DNA of 64,000 nt from Octopus vulgaris (GCA_951406725.2 OX597835.1:47492001-47556000), one strand, 5' to 3'; positions 29,593-45,263 are shown, counted from the stretch's first letter. The notes: generated from the sequence alone by a model not told the origin. Numbers and translations: made by a program.

Positions 29593-29900
29593 CCGGATGC
29601 CAATGCGAAAATGTAGTGAAGTGCTAATTAATTAGATTTCAAGAGAAGAAGGTTGGACGTTCAAATACAACTGATATCTTATTCTTTTTTTATCCGTGTG
29701 TCAAAATTTGAAACCAATATTTCGGATGCCAAGTACCCAGTTTTGGTCATTGTTTGAGCTTGTACTGCAACCCCATCAAAGAGTTGAGCAGTGGAAATAC
29801 CTGTCCTACAAACGGTGACCACAAATCATCAGCATCTAGAAATTTCTGACGACGTTTGCATCCTCAATGCATGCATGTGCTTCATCCTTCATTGTATACC

Positions 29901-30131
29901 TATTTCTTTATTACCCACAAGGGGCTAAACACAGAGGGGACGAACAAGGACAGACATAGGTATTAAGTCGATTACATCGATCCCAGTGCATTACTGGTAC
30001 TTAATTTATCGACCCCGAAAGAATGAAAGGCAAAGTCGACATCGGCGGAATTTGAACTCATAACGTAACGGCAGATGAAATGCTGCTAAGCATTTCGCCC
30101 GGCATGCTAACGTTTCTGCCAGCTCGCCGCC
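29901..30131 (-). mobile_element. SINE family 2, full length with TSD
   Basis: Reverse-complement full element; ATTGTATACC at 29891 and 30135. Confidence 0.93.
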
Positions 30132-30193
30132 TTTATTGTATACCGATCCTTCCACTCAGAAGCGTTGGTAGCAGATTATCCCTCTATCCAGAG

Positions 30194-30529
30194 AAGTATT
30201 TCTGAACCTTTTTTCATCTATGGACCCCTTTGACTGTTATCTTTTTCTGGTGGACCTCCATAGCCATTCGATGTTTAAAATCTAGTTTTATAGAAACTTT
30301 TTTCAAAATTCCCAATTTTGTTTGTCGCACATTCGCTCGTGTAGATTGAATTAGAGAAAGAATCCTAGTTGTTTCTTGCAGTGAATGCATCTCAGCCAAA
30401 ACTTTTTCATGGCTCCTTAATACGGTGGATCCTCAGCTAAGTAGTTTGCTTGCATGGACCCCACCCCCACCAACCCAAAATTTTACATGGACCCCCAGGT
30501 GTCATATGGACGCCGGATGAGAACAAATG
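30194..30529. mobile_element. hAT (Charlie-like) MITE, degenerate
   Basis: Ends resemble CAGTGGTTCTCAACC / GGTTGAGAACCACTG; repeated subterminal ATGGACCCC motifs. Confidence 0.65.
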
Positions 30530-30539
30530 ATAATCGAGA

Positions 30540-31480
30540 GGAAGGCGTCGATTTTTTGTGAAGCGAAGGGACGGATATACAAATCTGGCCAAACGGTGAC
30601 CTGGGGAAAGAAACGATGGTCAAGGGACAAAGAATAAAGAAGTTGACATATGCGTTTGGCACTTTTACCCAACCGTTTAAGAATAGTTTCCTCTCATTCT
30701 AATTCTGGATAAAACTGTAGCCGTACTTGCTCGTACTGGCATTCCAGTTCTTTTTGAAATTAAGCTCAAACCAGGTTCAAAGCATCTAACAGCCCGTTAC
30801 TGACCCTACCACTTGTCTTGGTTACCGTTTCGTATTCCTTCGATGTGGCCAACCACCGTTTCTCGTTCCACTGTCATTCACGCACGCACGGTATGGTCTT
30901 CTCGTATCCCAACGGGAATGGAATACATTTCACCACCTTTAGATTCCGCTGAAATGGACGGATAGCCAAAATATAGAGGTGGGAACAAAGGGGACACTTT
31001 TTATGGACCTAGTATGTGATTAGATACAGTTCCAAGGCAAACATTCTGTCTGTTCACTGAGTAGATGCCACTGTATAAATACGCAACCCAGCATCTGGAA
31101 ACGGGAGCTAAATCGGATGCCATTTAAACCATTGTTAGCCAGCGATGGTCAACATTGCTGAAAGCTTTAGAATGATGTAAACTGACCAGCGCCTACGAGA
31201 GCCAAATCTATATCTAACGTTCTCGACACTTAATCGCACAACGTTGAGGCTGATGTGGTTAGATCTTTCGGGAATCCTTTCGGAGCAGCCATGTGCATCT
31301 CTGGAGACACAACTGAAGAACAAACAGTGCCGGCCCCTTTACGAGAAACTTAGTCAACATCTTTAACTGTGAATTCCACAGAATCACGGATCTGAAATTG
31401 TTGACGGTGTCCTCTTCATACCTTTCTTCAGCAAAGCACCGTATAAGGGTTCCCTCCACAGAGATTACTCCACGATCCGT
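30540..31480 (-). pseudogene. L1/Tx1-like LINE ORF2 relic (RT and C-terminus)
   Basis: NFRSVILWNSQLKMLTKFL resembles the RT-0 motif FRPITLLNxDxKILAKxL; ETVVGH and WVKV-like remnants further 3'. Confidence 0.6.
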
Positions 31481-32009
31481 TGGCAGTTACGATAGACGTC
31501 TACCAAATTTGTATCGAGTGGTGAGGAAGTCATTCAACTAAAAATTCTTCAAGGCAATGCTTCAGGATGGCCGCAGTCTAATGACTGAAACAAGTAAAGG
31601 AAGATAAAAGAAGATATTTAACAATATTTCCTGTGAAAACCAAAACATCTGAAGAAAGCCACTTCAGTTGAAACCAGCTGAAGGTAGCATTGGTTGATCA
31701 GAGACAGAAAGTGGAAGCCTTCTGTAGGCGAAGAATAGTTCAGTTCTCAATGTCCCACTCAGGCGAAGCATACAGGCTAAGGGAAGAAACGTATGTGACC
31801 CTAAGTGCCCTGATGATGATCCAGTGTAACACTGGATTCAGAAGGACAACTTGTAAACCTCTGAGTAGCTCCTGTAGTCTCTGCATGGCACAAAGCATCT
31901 CCATTGTTTCTATCACAAAGAAGAATGATTCGTTTAATGAAAAAAAAGAGAATCAATTAGAATCGGCCAAGTGACGGACTGCGGTTTATAGCCCAAGAAC
32001 ATTCCTAAT

Positions 32010-32170
32010 TAGCCAAATCTACGATCAAAACAATTCAAACCGTGACCATTCCATTCTAACTTTCACTCAGAGTCAATCATTATTCAGTATATCATTCTTT
32101 ATTCAAGACGATTAAGAGTGATTTGAGGGAAATTTTGGCCGCATTTTCTCGCATGTCGAAGGCTCCAGTT
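32010..32170 (-). mobile_element. Family 4 element, internally deleted head
   Basis: Minus strand GGAGCCTTCGACATGCGAGAAAATGCGGCCAAAATTTCCCTCAAATCAC; body CCGTGACCATT shared with 25691. Confidence 0.6.
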
Positions 32171-32618
32171 AAATAATGAGCAAATGAGATTACTGCTTAT
32201 TTATTTCTTTGCAAATTAATTTATTGATTTATTTATTAATTTTTCTCTTCGTCTCCGTCGTCTCATTCCAATCATGTATGCATGGTGAACTCCAGACATC
32301 ACCCAGCGGATTTGAAGGTTCGAGGAAACACACATGTCCTGTCTTTCTTCTGCCCAACCCACTCTCTACTCTCTCCCTCTCTCTCTCTCCCTCTTGCGTC
32401 CTATACGTATAGGGATGGCTACATACATACATACAACCATACATACATACATACATACATACATACATACATACATACATACATACGTATATGCAAATAA
32501 ACAAGTTACGTGTATATATATATATGTATACATATATATATATATGTATACACACACACATATATATATATACATACATACATTTCTACATACATACGTA
32601 TATTCACAAACAAATTAC

Positions 32619-32663
<45 letters not shown>

Positions 32664-32781
32664 TTAACACATGTATATACATAAACACAGGCATGCATAC
32701 ATAATTAGGTACTTGTACTTATACATGTAAATACATATATATAAGTATATAACATATATACTTATATGACTTATATATATA

Positions 32782-32821
<40 letters not shown>

Positions 32822-32823
32822 TT

Positions 32824-32856
<33 letters not shown>

Positions 32857-33238
32857 TAATATATGTGAATACTTACAAAGAAATACACAAACACACACGG
32901 TGTATGTATATATATATATGTGTGTATAATGTAAATATATATGTATATATACTATTTTTATATATGTACATGATGTAGGCTTGTAATATATATATATATA
33001 TATATATATATATTCGCATGTGCGTATGTATGTGCACACAAGTGTGTGAATATATATACCTATATTTGCGTCTATGCGTGTGTGTGTGTGTGTATATGTG
33101 TGTATGTGTAGATACATATTTACAAACACATTTGCGCTACAAGTCCACATCATGAGCACATATAAAAATTGCTGCACGTGCTTACTTCGCATGAAAGCTC
33201 CCAAATACACACACACACACCGTATACTAAATCTGTAT

Positions 33239-33285
<47 letters not shown>

Positions 33286-33497
33286 TAAAGGGAGAGAGAG
33301 AGAGAGAGTGAGATAGTGAGAGGGAGAAGGAGATGACGAGGGTAAGGGTGAAGAAAGAGAGGGAGACACCAATAACTAACGTCACTTAATACTTATAATC
33401 TGTGGTAAATATTGGCCAATTAGGTTTGTAAAATTGCTACACATCATTATCACAAAATTTGCTAATACGAATAAGGCAAGCTCTATGAAAATGCATG

Positions 33498-33539
<42 letters not shown>

Positions 33540-33688
33540 GCGTATATACACACACATGTATATATATATGTATATAAATTCATATGTGTGTCTGTAAATA
33601 TGCACACACATGCGCATATACATAGAGACATATATCTAACAATATGTTATGTTTGTGTATGTACGCCTGTGCGCTTGTGCATGTGTAC

Positions 33689-33736
<48 letters not shown>

Positions 33737-33940
33737 GTGTGTGTGGTGTTGTTAGTATGTTAGTAAGACCAAAAATGAAAACACTCAAGATTTAGAGTAA
33801 GGAATAAAATGGAAAGGGAAGGAAATTTAACTGCATTTAAAGAAACTATTAACGTCTCGTTTTCTGATTTTAAGACGGCGTTTGGTAATGTCTCGAGTCA
33901 GTCGGCCATGCATACCATGCCCCCCCCCTCTCCATGCCAC

Positions 33941-34143
33941 CAATGTTATCCCAGGGAAAGGCAAAGGGGCCGATACAGCTTGGCACCAGGGACGTTGCAA
34001 CTCATTTCTACAGATGAATGAACTGGAACAACGGGAAATAAAGTGTCTTGCTCAAGAACACAACACGCAGCCCAGTCCGGAAATCGAAGCCACTACCTCA
34101 TGACCGTAAGCTCGACGCTCTAACCACTGAGCCATGCCCTTTC
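33941..34143 (-). mobile_element. tRNA-derived SINE family 3
   Basis: Minus strand GGCATGGCTCAGTGGTTAGAGCG head, GTGTTCTTGAGCAAGACACTTTATTTC; paralogue at 59682. Confidence 0.85.
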
Positions 34144-34376
34144 ACAAACACACACACAAACATACACACACATACACAAATATATGTATCTGTCTATATT
34201 ATACAAATATCAGGATCCTCCCGACCGTCATGAGTTCGCCACCCACCACCAGCAATAACGGCTTCCTTCCTCCTTGAACTTCAGCTTTTCCGGACGATAT
34301 TTATAGAGTTTAGACATGCCGTATTTGGCTTCCGGTTATCTAGGTTATGAATATGGTATTCAAGGTTATATGATGC

Positions 34377-34438
<62 letters not shown>

Positions 34439-34573
34439 GAAATGAGGTAATCAGAAGATCGGATGGTTTATATATATATATATATATATATAAGAGAGAT
34501 AATATATATATATATATGTATACACACACACACACACACACACATATGTATATGTGTGCGTGTATATATATAT

Positions 34574-34621
<48 letters not shown>

Positions 34622-35129
34622 ACACACACACACACACATATATATATGTATATGTATATACATATTTATATACTTGTACAAATGCGTTCGTTTCCTTTGG
34701 ATCTATAAAGTGTCTGAAGATGTTTTACCGTTCCTCACTTTCTGCCAAAAGATTGCTGATAATTCTGAGAATCATCTCACGTCTGAACACATTCCGTTAT
34801 TACCATATATAAACGAATCAAGCGAACAGACAGACGGACCAAATAACAAAACAACCCCCCCACAGCCCACCCAGTGCATCAACCGCCCAAGACATCGACC
34901 AACGGCTTACGGATGTATGTATGTATGCATGTATATATGCATGAATGTGCGTGTGTGTGAGGGTGTGTGTTTGCGTGTAGGTATATACGAATGTATGTTT
35001 GTGGGTATATGTGAATATATGTGCATAGGTATGTGTGTGGGCCTGTGCATGTGTCTGTGTTTATGTGTCTGTGTGTCTGAATATAATTCTACGTACATGA
35101 ATGTGTTATACATAAATATATACATGAAC

Positions 35130-35177
<48 letters not shown>

Positions 35178-35661
35178 AGATATATATAATATATATATAT
35201 ATGTGTGTGTGTGTATATTTGTATGAATATATAGATATATATACATATATGTGTGTGTATATATGTGTGTATACATAGACACAAATACATGAGAATTTAT
35301 ATATGTACGTATATATATGTACGTATATATATATATATGTATGTATATATACACACATATATATACATATATGTGTATATATCTACATATTCATACAAAT
35401 CTTACTCTCTCTCTCTCTCTCTCTCTCTCTACACTACACACACACAAATATATATACGTACAAACGTACACATACATTCACATACACACATATTCAATCA
35501 GTATACGCGTGTGTATGTGTAAAGCCTTAATTTACTGTGTGTACGAGTAGTAATATGCTTTTGTATAAGTGTTGTTAGGATGTAAAATCATTACATAGAT
35601 GTGACATGCGCATACAGTATCTGCATGCGTATATGTGTGTGATTGTGTGTGTCTGTGTGTT

Positions 35662-35742
<81 letters not shown>

Positions 35743-35745
35743 ATA

Positions 35746-36332
35746 CGAGGGGTATACATTAAAGATTTCCCCTGACCCACTTCCGGTTATTGCAAGAAAC
35801 GGAATTTGCATAAGTATAATCGTACATGTCTCTCCATGTCACATTGTAAATTGTAGCTTTCCACTGGTATTCGTTTGTCTTTTACAGCTGCTGAAGTGGA
35901 CTCAGGTGTTATAATGGAGGCAGGTGAATGCAGATCAGTGATCAGGTTCTTAAGGTCGTACACCAAACGAGACTTTCGATGAGATCAAAGAAGTGTATAG
36001 TGATCAAGCACCATTATAGGAGGTAGTCAAGCACTAGTATCGCTAGTTCAAATGTGGTCGGACATCGGTAGAAACTGCTCTTATTCCTGAAGGACCACAT
36101 ACCGCCATTGCTGACGACACTATCCATAAAGCAGAAGCCGCCATCTTGGAGGATCGCCGCATCACTATTCGGCAACTTGCCCAAGAAGTGAAGGTAAGAG
36201 TAGGGTCCGTGGAAAAGATCATTCACGGCCATTTGCACATGCGGAAGTTCTCTGCACGATGGATTTTCCGGAAGCTCACACTTTTTCAAAAGCAGGAACA
36301 AGTCAATTGCTCCCAGGCTCTTTTGGCAATGG
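35746..36332 (+). mobile_element. Mariner 5' fragment (different subfamily)
   Basis: TA+CGAGGGG terminus; EDRRITIRQLAQE..GSVEKIIHGHLHMRKFSARWIFRKLT (second HTH and WVPHEL-like linker). Confidence 0.88.
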
Positions 36333-36541
36333 GAAGTTCTTTGTAATAACAGCAACGAAGACAACAAAAACAACATGAACAATGTTGCAATAATTACAGC
36401 AACATCAATAACAGATTATCAGCAGCAGCAGGACTACCATGACGACCACCACGACCACAACTACTATTACTATCACTACTACCTATAACAATTGCAGTAC
36501 ACACACATAGATACATACATACATACACACATACACACATA

Positions 36542-36613
<72 letters not shown>

Positions 36614-36669
36614 TATATGTATACATATATATATATATAAATATATATAGATGTACATATATGTATAAA

Positions 36670-36763
<94 letters not shown>

Positions 36764-36981
36764 TTCTCTTAATATATAAATATATGAATGCATATACACA
36801 CATTTGTATATATATATGTAACAGGTATAATATAAATATATAAATTTGGAGGAAAAAATGATAAAATCGTAAACAAGACAGAAAATTACAAAAAAATTTA
36901 AAAGCCAGGCTTTTAAGAGAAAAATAACAGCAAATACAATAACAAAAGCAACTACAAAAGTGTAAAATAAACAACAATGAC

Positions 36982-37047
<66 letters not shown>

Positions 37048-37260
37048 CTTGAACGAAGAGCACCTGCAAAAGTTTAAAAGCAAGACGCATTTTTTACGCT
37101 TTTCCTTCGCGTATACCCATACCTACACAGGGTCATACATAGACATACATCAAAGTACACATAGAATTACATATAAATATAGGCATACGTATAAATAATA
37201 TGTATATATACATATATATATATACGCATATATATTTAATATACATATATATATATATAA

Positions 37261-37318
<58 letters not shown>

Positions 37319-37412
37319 GTATATATATTTGAATATACACATATTTATATCCATATACATATATGTATGTATACATATATATAAGCATACATATATCTAT
37401 ATGTATGCATAA

Positions 37413-37523
<111 letters not shown>

Positions 37524-37618
37524 CAAATGTGTATATATATATATATATATATACATGTATAAATACATTTAATTTAAACACATACTTTAAGTTGTACACA
37601 CACGCAAACGAACATAGA

Positions 37619-37654
<36 letters not shown>

Positions 37655-37795
37655 GAAAACATGAAAAAATTTATAAAAACGTTAAAATGTATTGAAGCTG
37701 ATTTTTTTTATAAAACGTAGTTAAAAATAAGCGAGAAAATGGTAAAATCTATAAAAAAAAATACGATGAAAAATAATGAATACACTCACACACAC

Positions 37796-37843
<48 letters not shown>

Positions 37844-37887
37844 GTAAAGGGAACTGCACAAGTCTGGGAATAAATGTACTTGAAATG

Positions 37888-37956
<69 letters not shown>

Positions 37957-38510
37957 CATCATCATCATCATCATTATTAAGGTATTGTGTGGGCGTTATA
38001 ATGCTTTCGTATTTTTTTTTGTACTAAAAAAATATGAAGTTTTAATGAAGGTTTTTTTGTGGGTGGGGAAAGAGCAAAAAATACAATTCTTGCTACTGTA
38101 AATAACTTGGAAGTAAGCCAACCTGTGTTCCTCCTTGAAAACACACACAAACACACATACACATGCGAAAAAAAAAAAAACACACATATACAGATGCGCA
38201 AAAATTTGCATTTAATTTGGAATTAACAGGTGTGAATTACGTAAGAGACTGTTGTGTGGAAGGAAACGGGACCGTGAAGGTATATTCTCGTTGTGAAATC
38301 TCTGTATTATATCCTCTCGCTTTATCTTACTCATTCTCCTCCCGTTCTCTCACTCAATACATTCATCCATACACACACACACACACTCACATACACACAC
38401 ATAAAAAAAAATATATGTATACATACATATATATGTATGTATATATATATATATATATATATATACATACATATATATATATATATATACATGCACACAC
38501 ACATATATAT

Positions 38511-38557
<47 letters not shown>

Positions 38558-38637
38558 CATACATACATATATACATATATATATGTGTATTTATATATAT
38601 ACATATATGCCTATATATATATATATATATACATATG

Positions 38638-38746
<109 letters not shown>

Positions 38747-39036
38747 CGCGTTAAGTTATTCAATCGTTAAGTTATTCTATACAGTTATTCTATCGGAATT
38801 ATAAGCGGCATTGATTTTGTTCGGACGTTTCCTATCCGAGACGTCAAAAGCAAAGAATGGGATCGAAGATGAAAAACTGGTTATCGGGCGTCTACGCCAC
38901 ATCTCGCGAGATTTTGCTCATTCACCGGCAACCATCCGACCCATTAACCATCCACGAACTCATTGCTTAAATAGCGGTGTAACGTTACGGGATAAACCAG
39001 TTTTATATTCCTGTGCCTACCACTCATTAATATAAT

Positions 39037-39372
39037 GCGCAGGAGCAGCTGTGTGGTAAGTAATTTGCTTACCAACCATGTAGATCCGGGTTCAGTCCCA
39101 CTGCGTTGCACCTTGGGCAAGTGTCTTCTACTATAGCGTCGGGCCAACCCAAACATTGTTAGTGGTTTTAGTAGACGGAAGCTGAAAGAAACATACATAC
39201 ATGCACGCGCGCACACACACACACATATATAGATACATGCATGTGTGTCTGTGTTTGTCCCGCCCCAACATGCTGGTGTGTTTACGCCCCGTAACTTAGC
39301 AGTTCGGCAAAAGACACTGATAGAATAAGTACTAGGCTTACAAAGAATAAGTCCAAGTAAAAGATTAAAAGA
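39037..39372 (+). mobile_element. SINE family 1
   Basis: Head and CACCTTGGGCAAGTGTCTTCTACTATAGC core. Confidence 0.9.
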
Positions 39373-39389
39373 ATATATATATATATATT

Positions 39390-39420
<31 letters not shown>

Positions 39421-39431
39421 CACATTATTTG

Positions 39432-39833
39432 TATGATGTGGAAAGTATTCCATCAGCACTGTCGAAATGATGTTGGCATCACCTTCAAAATACACCTAAG
39501 ACTTGAACCGTGTGCCATCCGTCCACAACAAAAATCTAAATCGCATCTCATGACAACAATACACCACAATTATTTCACCTCAATTGAACCCGCTCTCTTC
39601 AACATTACACCAGGACACGTCAAAGCAGAAACGGACCACACAAAATTCAAGAAGTCTTTGGACAAATTCCTCCAAGCAGTCCCGGACAAACCATCCACAC
39701 CCGGATATGTCTCCGCAAACAATAACTCTCTTCTCGAATCGGCCTTGGTGCCCAAATCCTGAATTGAAAGACTTCGACAGGTGGACATGGCCTGGGCCAA
39801 TACTGGCCAAAACCTTTCTAAGTTATTCGAAGT

Positions 39834-39835
<2 letters not shown>
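39432..39835 (+). pseudogene. CR1/L2-group LINE 3' end (ORF2 C-terminus + 3' UTR)
   Basis: [30 protein letters not shown] is typical of CR1-group C-termini. Confidence 0.85.
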
Positions 39836-39913
<78 letters not shown>

Positions 39914-40070
39914 CATACATACATACATACATACATACACAGAGTATATATATGTATATATATATACATACATACACATTTATATTAGTATGCATGTATC
40001 TACCTATCTATCTCTCTATAAGTCTATTTATCTATCTCTCTGTATATTTATATATATATATATTTATATT

Positions 40071-40145
<75 letters not shown>

Positions 40146-40188
40146 ATATATATATATATGAATGTGTGTGTGTATAAAATCTGTATCA

Positions 40189-40221
<33 letters not shown>

Positions 40222-41063
40222 TATATATATTTGTGCCTATGTGAGCGCATGTACTTTTAAGAAACTACACAATATCTGCATTTCCGTAGTTGTGGAGATG
40301 AACACAAACACACACACACACACACACACACACGCTCGTGCGCGCATGCATTATACATACATATATGCATGTATACATACATACATACGTACATACATAC
40401 AAGTATGTGTTTTGTTTAATGAATTCTGGATAAACCTGATATTTTTTTCTTTACAAACAATTGAAGGACACAGAAAGAACGAAAGAAAAATTGCTTAGAA
40501 GAAAAATGAAGCGAAAAACTATTTGAGTGTTTACAATAATGGAATTTCAGAGTAATTCAATATTCCGTTTTAGATGTAATATGGTTTACGTTAGAATGGT
40601 TTGTAGTCGATTGGCACAATCTGGAGAGCATTGGAGGGGCGAGAAGCGGAAGGAAAAAATACGACTTGTGGCAGTTTGTAATGAAGTTCTATATTTTGAG
40701 TCAAAATCTCGCTTAAGGATTTGAACTTTCGTCTTTGTGGAAATTTTAGCTGAAAATTTTTGCAGGTCGAGTGACCCCTAAAAAGGACCTCCCAGGTGGC
40801 GCGGGAGTAGAGATGCAGTTTTAGTAGTAATAGTAGTAGTAGTAGTAGTTGTTGTATAATGACACTTCTGGTTTGATCTCAGTAAATTTTGCACGTGACT
40901 TACAAAATACCTCAATCTAACTTTTGATTTTTTCCCTCCCCAATTTCAGTTTTCTAATTGTCCGGTGCTAGCATTGCTGTGTGGTAGTAAGTTACCTTCC
41001 CAGTCATATGGTTCCAGGTTCAATTCCACTTTGTGGGACTTTAGGAAAGCATACATACAAACA

Positions 41064-41099
<36 letters not shown>

Positions 41100-41106
41100 T
41101 GTATAT

Positions 41107-41242
41107 ATATAATAACAAAATTATAAATAAAACATATGCATGTATGGGTACATATATGCATGTATATATACATATAGATGTAGGTACATACATATATGTA
41201 TGTACATATGCATATATTTTATTTATTATTTTGTTATTATAT
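41107..41242. repeat. Inverted repeat (34-bp arms) around a microsatellite
   Basis: ATATAATAACAAAATTATAAATAAAACATATGCA vs TGCATATATTTTATTTATTATTTTGTTATTATAT, 2 mismatches. Confidence 0.85.
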
Positions 41243-41273
41243 GATCGAACGCCACGCATCCACTTCCAAGTAA

Positions 41274-41369
<96 letters not shown>

Positions 41370-41370
41370 G

Positions 41371-41401
<31 letters not shown>

Positions 41402-41423
41402 CGTACACCCACACACATATCTA

Positions 41424-41732
41424 TAAAGTAAAGGCTATTTGCCAACATAATGTGGCTATCCTGGAAGGGACGATATTACTGATGTGTAACCCCAGGAAAC
41501 ATGCATTCGAATGGTGAATTCAGCAACGCCATCAAGCTAAGTAAATACTCTGTGTTGATAAAGGGCAATAACCCCCAAACTAGTCCACAGGTGTGTTGTG
41601 CTGGATGGGAGTGCTGAGCTCCCTGTTCGTAAATATAAGGACACAGATATTGTGTCGTGTAGCCAGGGCTAAAACAACTGTAACATCATTTTCAGGACAG
41701 CCACATTATGTTGGCAAATAACCTTTACTTTA
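41424..41732. repeat. Inverted repeat, ~40-55-bp arms, ~200-bp spacer
   Basis: TAAAGTAAAGGCTATTTGCCAACATAATGTGGCTATCCTG / CAGGACAGCCACATTATGTTGGCAAATAACCTTTACTTTA. Confidence 0.9.
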
Positions 41733-41812
41733 AAGAACTGTTACTGAATGTCTTTCTTTGAGAGATTTAGAAATAATAATATCTCTATTTCATATGTATG
41801 TATATATACACA

Positions 41813-41856
<44 letters not shown>

Positions 41857-42225
41857 ACACCTGATATATGGACACACACACACACGTTATTTTTGCAGAT
41901 GTTTAGTGATTTTACTTTCTAAATATTCATTCATTTTCCATAGAAAACTGCTTTTTTTCTCATTTACTTGCAGTTGTCTAAGCACCATTTCTGCTCTGGT
42001 CGCACAGACCAACGACAAAACGCGATCCAGCCAGGTCCATGCTTTCCTTTTATGCATCAAAGACTGAATTCTTCTTTGTATCCTTTGCTACGTTTTTTAA
42101 AGACGATAAGCTAGGATTTGAAAAAAAAATTGTCTATCATTGCCAGTAGATGGTGCAACCTCAAAAAGGTTCTTTCATAGATTTTTCTCATCATTATTAT
42201 GACCATCATAATATTCTCCTTGTCG

Positions 42226-42280
<55 letters not shown>

Positions 42281-42300
42281 TATCATCATCATCATCATCT

Positions 42301-42331
<31 letters not shown>

Positions 42332-42699
42332 CCTCATCAAAATCCACTTTCAACAGTTTCAATACCACAAATCGCTGATCTCGTTCTTTCTCGTGATGTC
42401 ATTATTCAGTGTATTCTAAGTTTGTCCAACTTTATTCTCATTCCTTTTCTCACCTTCTGCTAAAAGCCTCTGTGAAACAACTTTTATTCAAGCAACTGTT
42501 CAAAGTTTTTTTTTCTCTCCCCCCCTCTCTCACCCTCTTATAATGTTTTATAAAAATATCCTTTGTGTTTCTCCATTCTTAGAACTAAATACTTTAGTGT
42601 TTTCTGTCCATGATATTCTCGAAATTCTTCCGAATTCAAACATCTTAAAGGCTTGCTATATATTTGATAAAACCTTACTTAATGGCCATGATTCAACTG

Positions 42700-42990
42700 C
42701 GTATACAGTTCAATGTAATACTCTAATAGATTCTCGAAGACCAGACATTGTTGTAGCGGATAAGAGGGAAAAAGGAAACTAAGATTACAGATATTGCCAT
42801 ACCTGGGGATGCACCCATGGGTAACAAAGAGTTGGAAAAATATGTGAGAGAAAGATGAAATTGTAAGAATGTGGGTAACGGAAAGAGTAACTGTTACCCC
42901 AATAGTTGTAGGAGCACTCGGAGTACTAACAACCAAGTTCGAGAAATATGTCGGAGAAATTAGAATTGACCTGAGAGTAGAGCATGCCTC
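42700..42990 (+). pseudogene. RLE-type (R4/Dong-like) non-LTR retrotransposon endonuclease relic
   Basis: RRPDIVVADK..ITDIAIPGD..KELEKY..VTPIVVGALG, with frameshifts. Confidence 0.85.
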
Positions 42991-43506
42991 CATCCGAAAT
43001 TGCTCCAATGGGTTCAGTGAGCATCTTGAGAATGGTATTTTGGTGTTGAGTATCTTCCACAATATCTTCAGTATCCACAGTATCTTCCACAATATGAGTA
43101 CGAAGTCTTAAAATTCGTAGAAAGAGACCCCGAGTGACCCGGTGAAACCTTTGACAACATTTTGCTGTCCGTTCTCAGAATTAACCGAAGCAAATAAAAT
43201 GGAGAGCTCTGAGAAGTAAAATAGAATAAATACAACAATAATATCAATATCAAGAGTTGATGGTGGATTTCATTTTCGTTCCGTAATTTAAGAAAACAGG
43301 ACAAAAATACACAAAATGTAGATTTCCCAAGAATTATTTTCTCACAATTAAAATTTGCCCGACATATGCCAACAATTCTCGATTTCACAAGACGCGAACA
43401 CAATCAGACAAGCACAGACACAACAACACAGATGAAAGTACATATAGGACCATACGTATACGTAAATATACACACGCCTAAACACACGCATATACGCATA
43501 TATATA

Positions 43507-43563
<57 letters not shown>

Positions 43564-43870
43564 ATATATATACCTACATGTATGTATATACATATATATG
43601 TATATATGTATGTATATATGTATGTATATATATATATATGTCTGTATATGTATATATGTATGTATATAGATATATGTATATATGTATGTGTGCATATACG
43701 TATATATATATGTATATGTATTATATGAATGAGCACATATACATTTACATATATAAATACGCATATATATGTGTGTGTACAACATGTGACACTATGTTCG
43801 TATATATATATTTATATATTTGGATATATATATATATGTATGCATAAATATATATATATATATATATGTA

Positions 43871-43927
<57 letters not shown>

Positions 43928-44630
43928 ATACATACATGTATATGCATGCATACAAAATATAATTGTGTGTATGGGTGTTTTGAATATGTCATGAAAGTAA
44001 CATTCTTCCCGCATTTGAAATTCAAGAAATTTATTATAACCTAAACGAGGTTTTGCACACATGACTACAAAAGACACAACAATATTTATAAAACAACTGG
44101 ACTAAATAATAATAATGATAATAATAATAATAATAATAAATAAATAAATAAATCTATAGATATAATAATGAAAGAAACAAAAATATAAAAATACACCGAA
44201 ATATAAATGATTTTCAAGACAAGATCTCAGCCCATGCGCGCGCGCACACACATACATATACACACACATATATACACACATGCAAGCACATACAAGTGCA
44301 AGGACTCACGAAAAAACACTTACGTATATACATGAATGTATAAATACATATAAATATACATACACACACAAATATACATACACACACAAACACGTACATA
44401 TACTTAAATACAAAAATTCACACACACACACACACACACATACCCATAGATATATTTCTGAAAATTGTTTCCAAATGTTTTCGAAATTTCCACATCTAAA
44501 GGATCTTTGGCTCTGTGAAAAATGGTAATTCTAAGGAATGGTAAAAGATTCTGGTGAGAAAAAAATTAACAAGATTACAATCGTATTAATGTGATGCCTC
44601 AGACGAAGTTGGTGGTAGTGTTTATGATGA

Positions 44631-44689
<59 letters not shown>

Positions 44690-45084
44690 GTGATGATGAT
44701 AATGATGATGGTGATGATGGTGATGATGATGATTGTGATGATGATAATGATGATGGTGATGATGATGGTGATGATGATGATGGTGATGATGATGATGGTG
44801 ATGGTGATGGTGATGATGATGATGATGATATGATGAGGAAGAAGTGGAGCAGGAAGAGAAGGAAAAGGAAATAGAAAAAGAGGAAGATGAAGGGGGAAGG
44901 AGAGAAAATTAAATGAGTGAAGAAGGAAAGCAGGACGGCCTTGATGGTTGTAGTGACCTTCGTTCAGTAATGGGAACCAAGGGACATATTGGCCTGTTTA
45001 TACGTATCAACGCGTGAGAGGATGTGCGCCCGTGCATGTGTATATACAATGCTTGAGAGTGGATGTGTTTGTGGGTATATATAT

Positions 45085-45263
45085 ATTCTTTTATTCTTTT
45101 ACGTGCTTCAGTCATTTCGACTGCGGCCATGCTGGAGCAAATCAATCTCAGGACTTATTCTTTGTAAGCCTAGTACTCATTCTATCGGTCTCTTTGTCCG
45201 AACCGCTTCGCTTCAGGGATATAAACACACCCACATCAGTTGTCAAGCGATGGTGGGGAGACA

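Noticed and set aside
28800-29880. Coding-like composition, possible gag/pol relic
   Set aside because: No recognisable motif in the frames I examined; needs tBLASTx
31810-31850. CTGATGA followed by a strong hairpin
   Set aside because: Followed by GAAG rather than GAAA, and no stem I or III could be formed
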